From a virus (lineage: Duplodnaviria; Caudoviricetes): 64,000 nt of DNA. The notes beneath the pieces are model-generated. The model saw only the letters and a program-made list of their open reading frames with translations, did no database searches and was not told the origin of the DNA. The stretch spans positions 64,001-128,000 of the IMG/VR virus record IMGVR_UViG_3300025723_000017; one strand, 5' to 3'. This document shows positions 63,762-64,000 of this stretch, piece after piece. How positions within the stretch are numbered: position 1 is the stretch's first letter; each line of letters opens with the position of its first letter. Made by a program: the position numbers and the translations under genes.

Positions 63762-63977
63762 ATGATAGCGGCCGAAATCGAAACCGTTCAATTTAATCAT
63801 ATTGACACAATACATATAGAACGATGGTGTAGCGAGATGCTGGGCCCAAAAGCTATATTTCGTGATCAAGTCTCAGATGAGTATCCGTGGACAGTTAGTT
63901 ATTCAGGACTTGGCACTTATCTGTGGCACTTTGCTCATGCAGAATCAGCTACTTTATTTGCTCTTAGATGGCGATGA
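63762..63977 (+). CDS. FxL[RK]W family
   Basis: WCSEMLG...FAHAESATLFALRWR. Confidence 0.75.
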   Translation: MIAAEIETVQFNHIDTIHIERWCSEMLGPKAIFRDQVSDEYPWTVSYSGLGTYLWHFAHAESATLFALRWR

Positions 63978-64000
63978 GCTATAAAACAGATCTAAACAAG

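Noticed and set aside
1-64000. Stop-codon reassignment (alternative genetic code)
   Set aside because: Core genes are full length in code 11, and TAA, TAG and TGA all terminate genes at expected positions.

Overview
A 64-kb, AT-rich segment of a large lytic T4-like tailed phage, probably a jumbo myovirus. Its perfect TTGACA-N17-TATAAT promoters and AGGAG ribosome-binding sites point to a proteobacterial host. 1-28 kb holds core, late and auxiliary genes: glutaredoxin, PAAR spike, putative baseplate and head proteins, SleB-type hydrolase, ATP-dependent DNA ligase, ClpX, ribosomal protein bS21, Hsp20, ClpS, metallophosphoesterase, UvsE, HNH nuclease, a phasin-like gene, lipoproteins and two ClpP homologues. 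28.3-46.1 kb is an early region of roughly 35-40 one-promoter/one-gene cassettes. It opens with a 1.7-kb tract almost free of GA/TC/GG/CC dinucleotides and contains three atypical tRNA-like RNAs with remodelled anticodon arms. 46.1-48.9 kb is a repeat-rich, mostly non-coding strand-switch region. 49-64 kb carries tandem paralogue arrays. The largest is a family of about 38 short proteins in the window (27 of them in 56.0-63.1 kb) with variable bodies and a fixed C-terminal F-x-x-E-x-D-A-x-x-F-x-L-[RK]-W motif, whose codons double as the Shine-Dalgarno and start junction of the next gene. No CRISPR array, integrase, transposase or reverse transcriptase was seen. All calls are by eye, without database searches.
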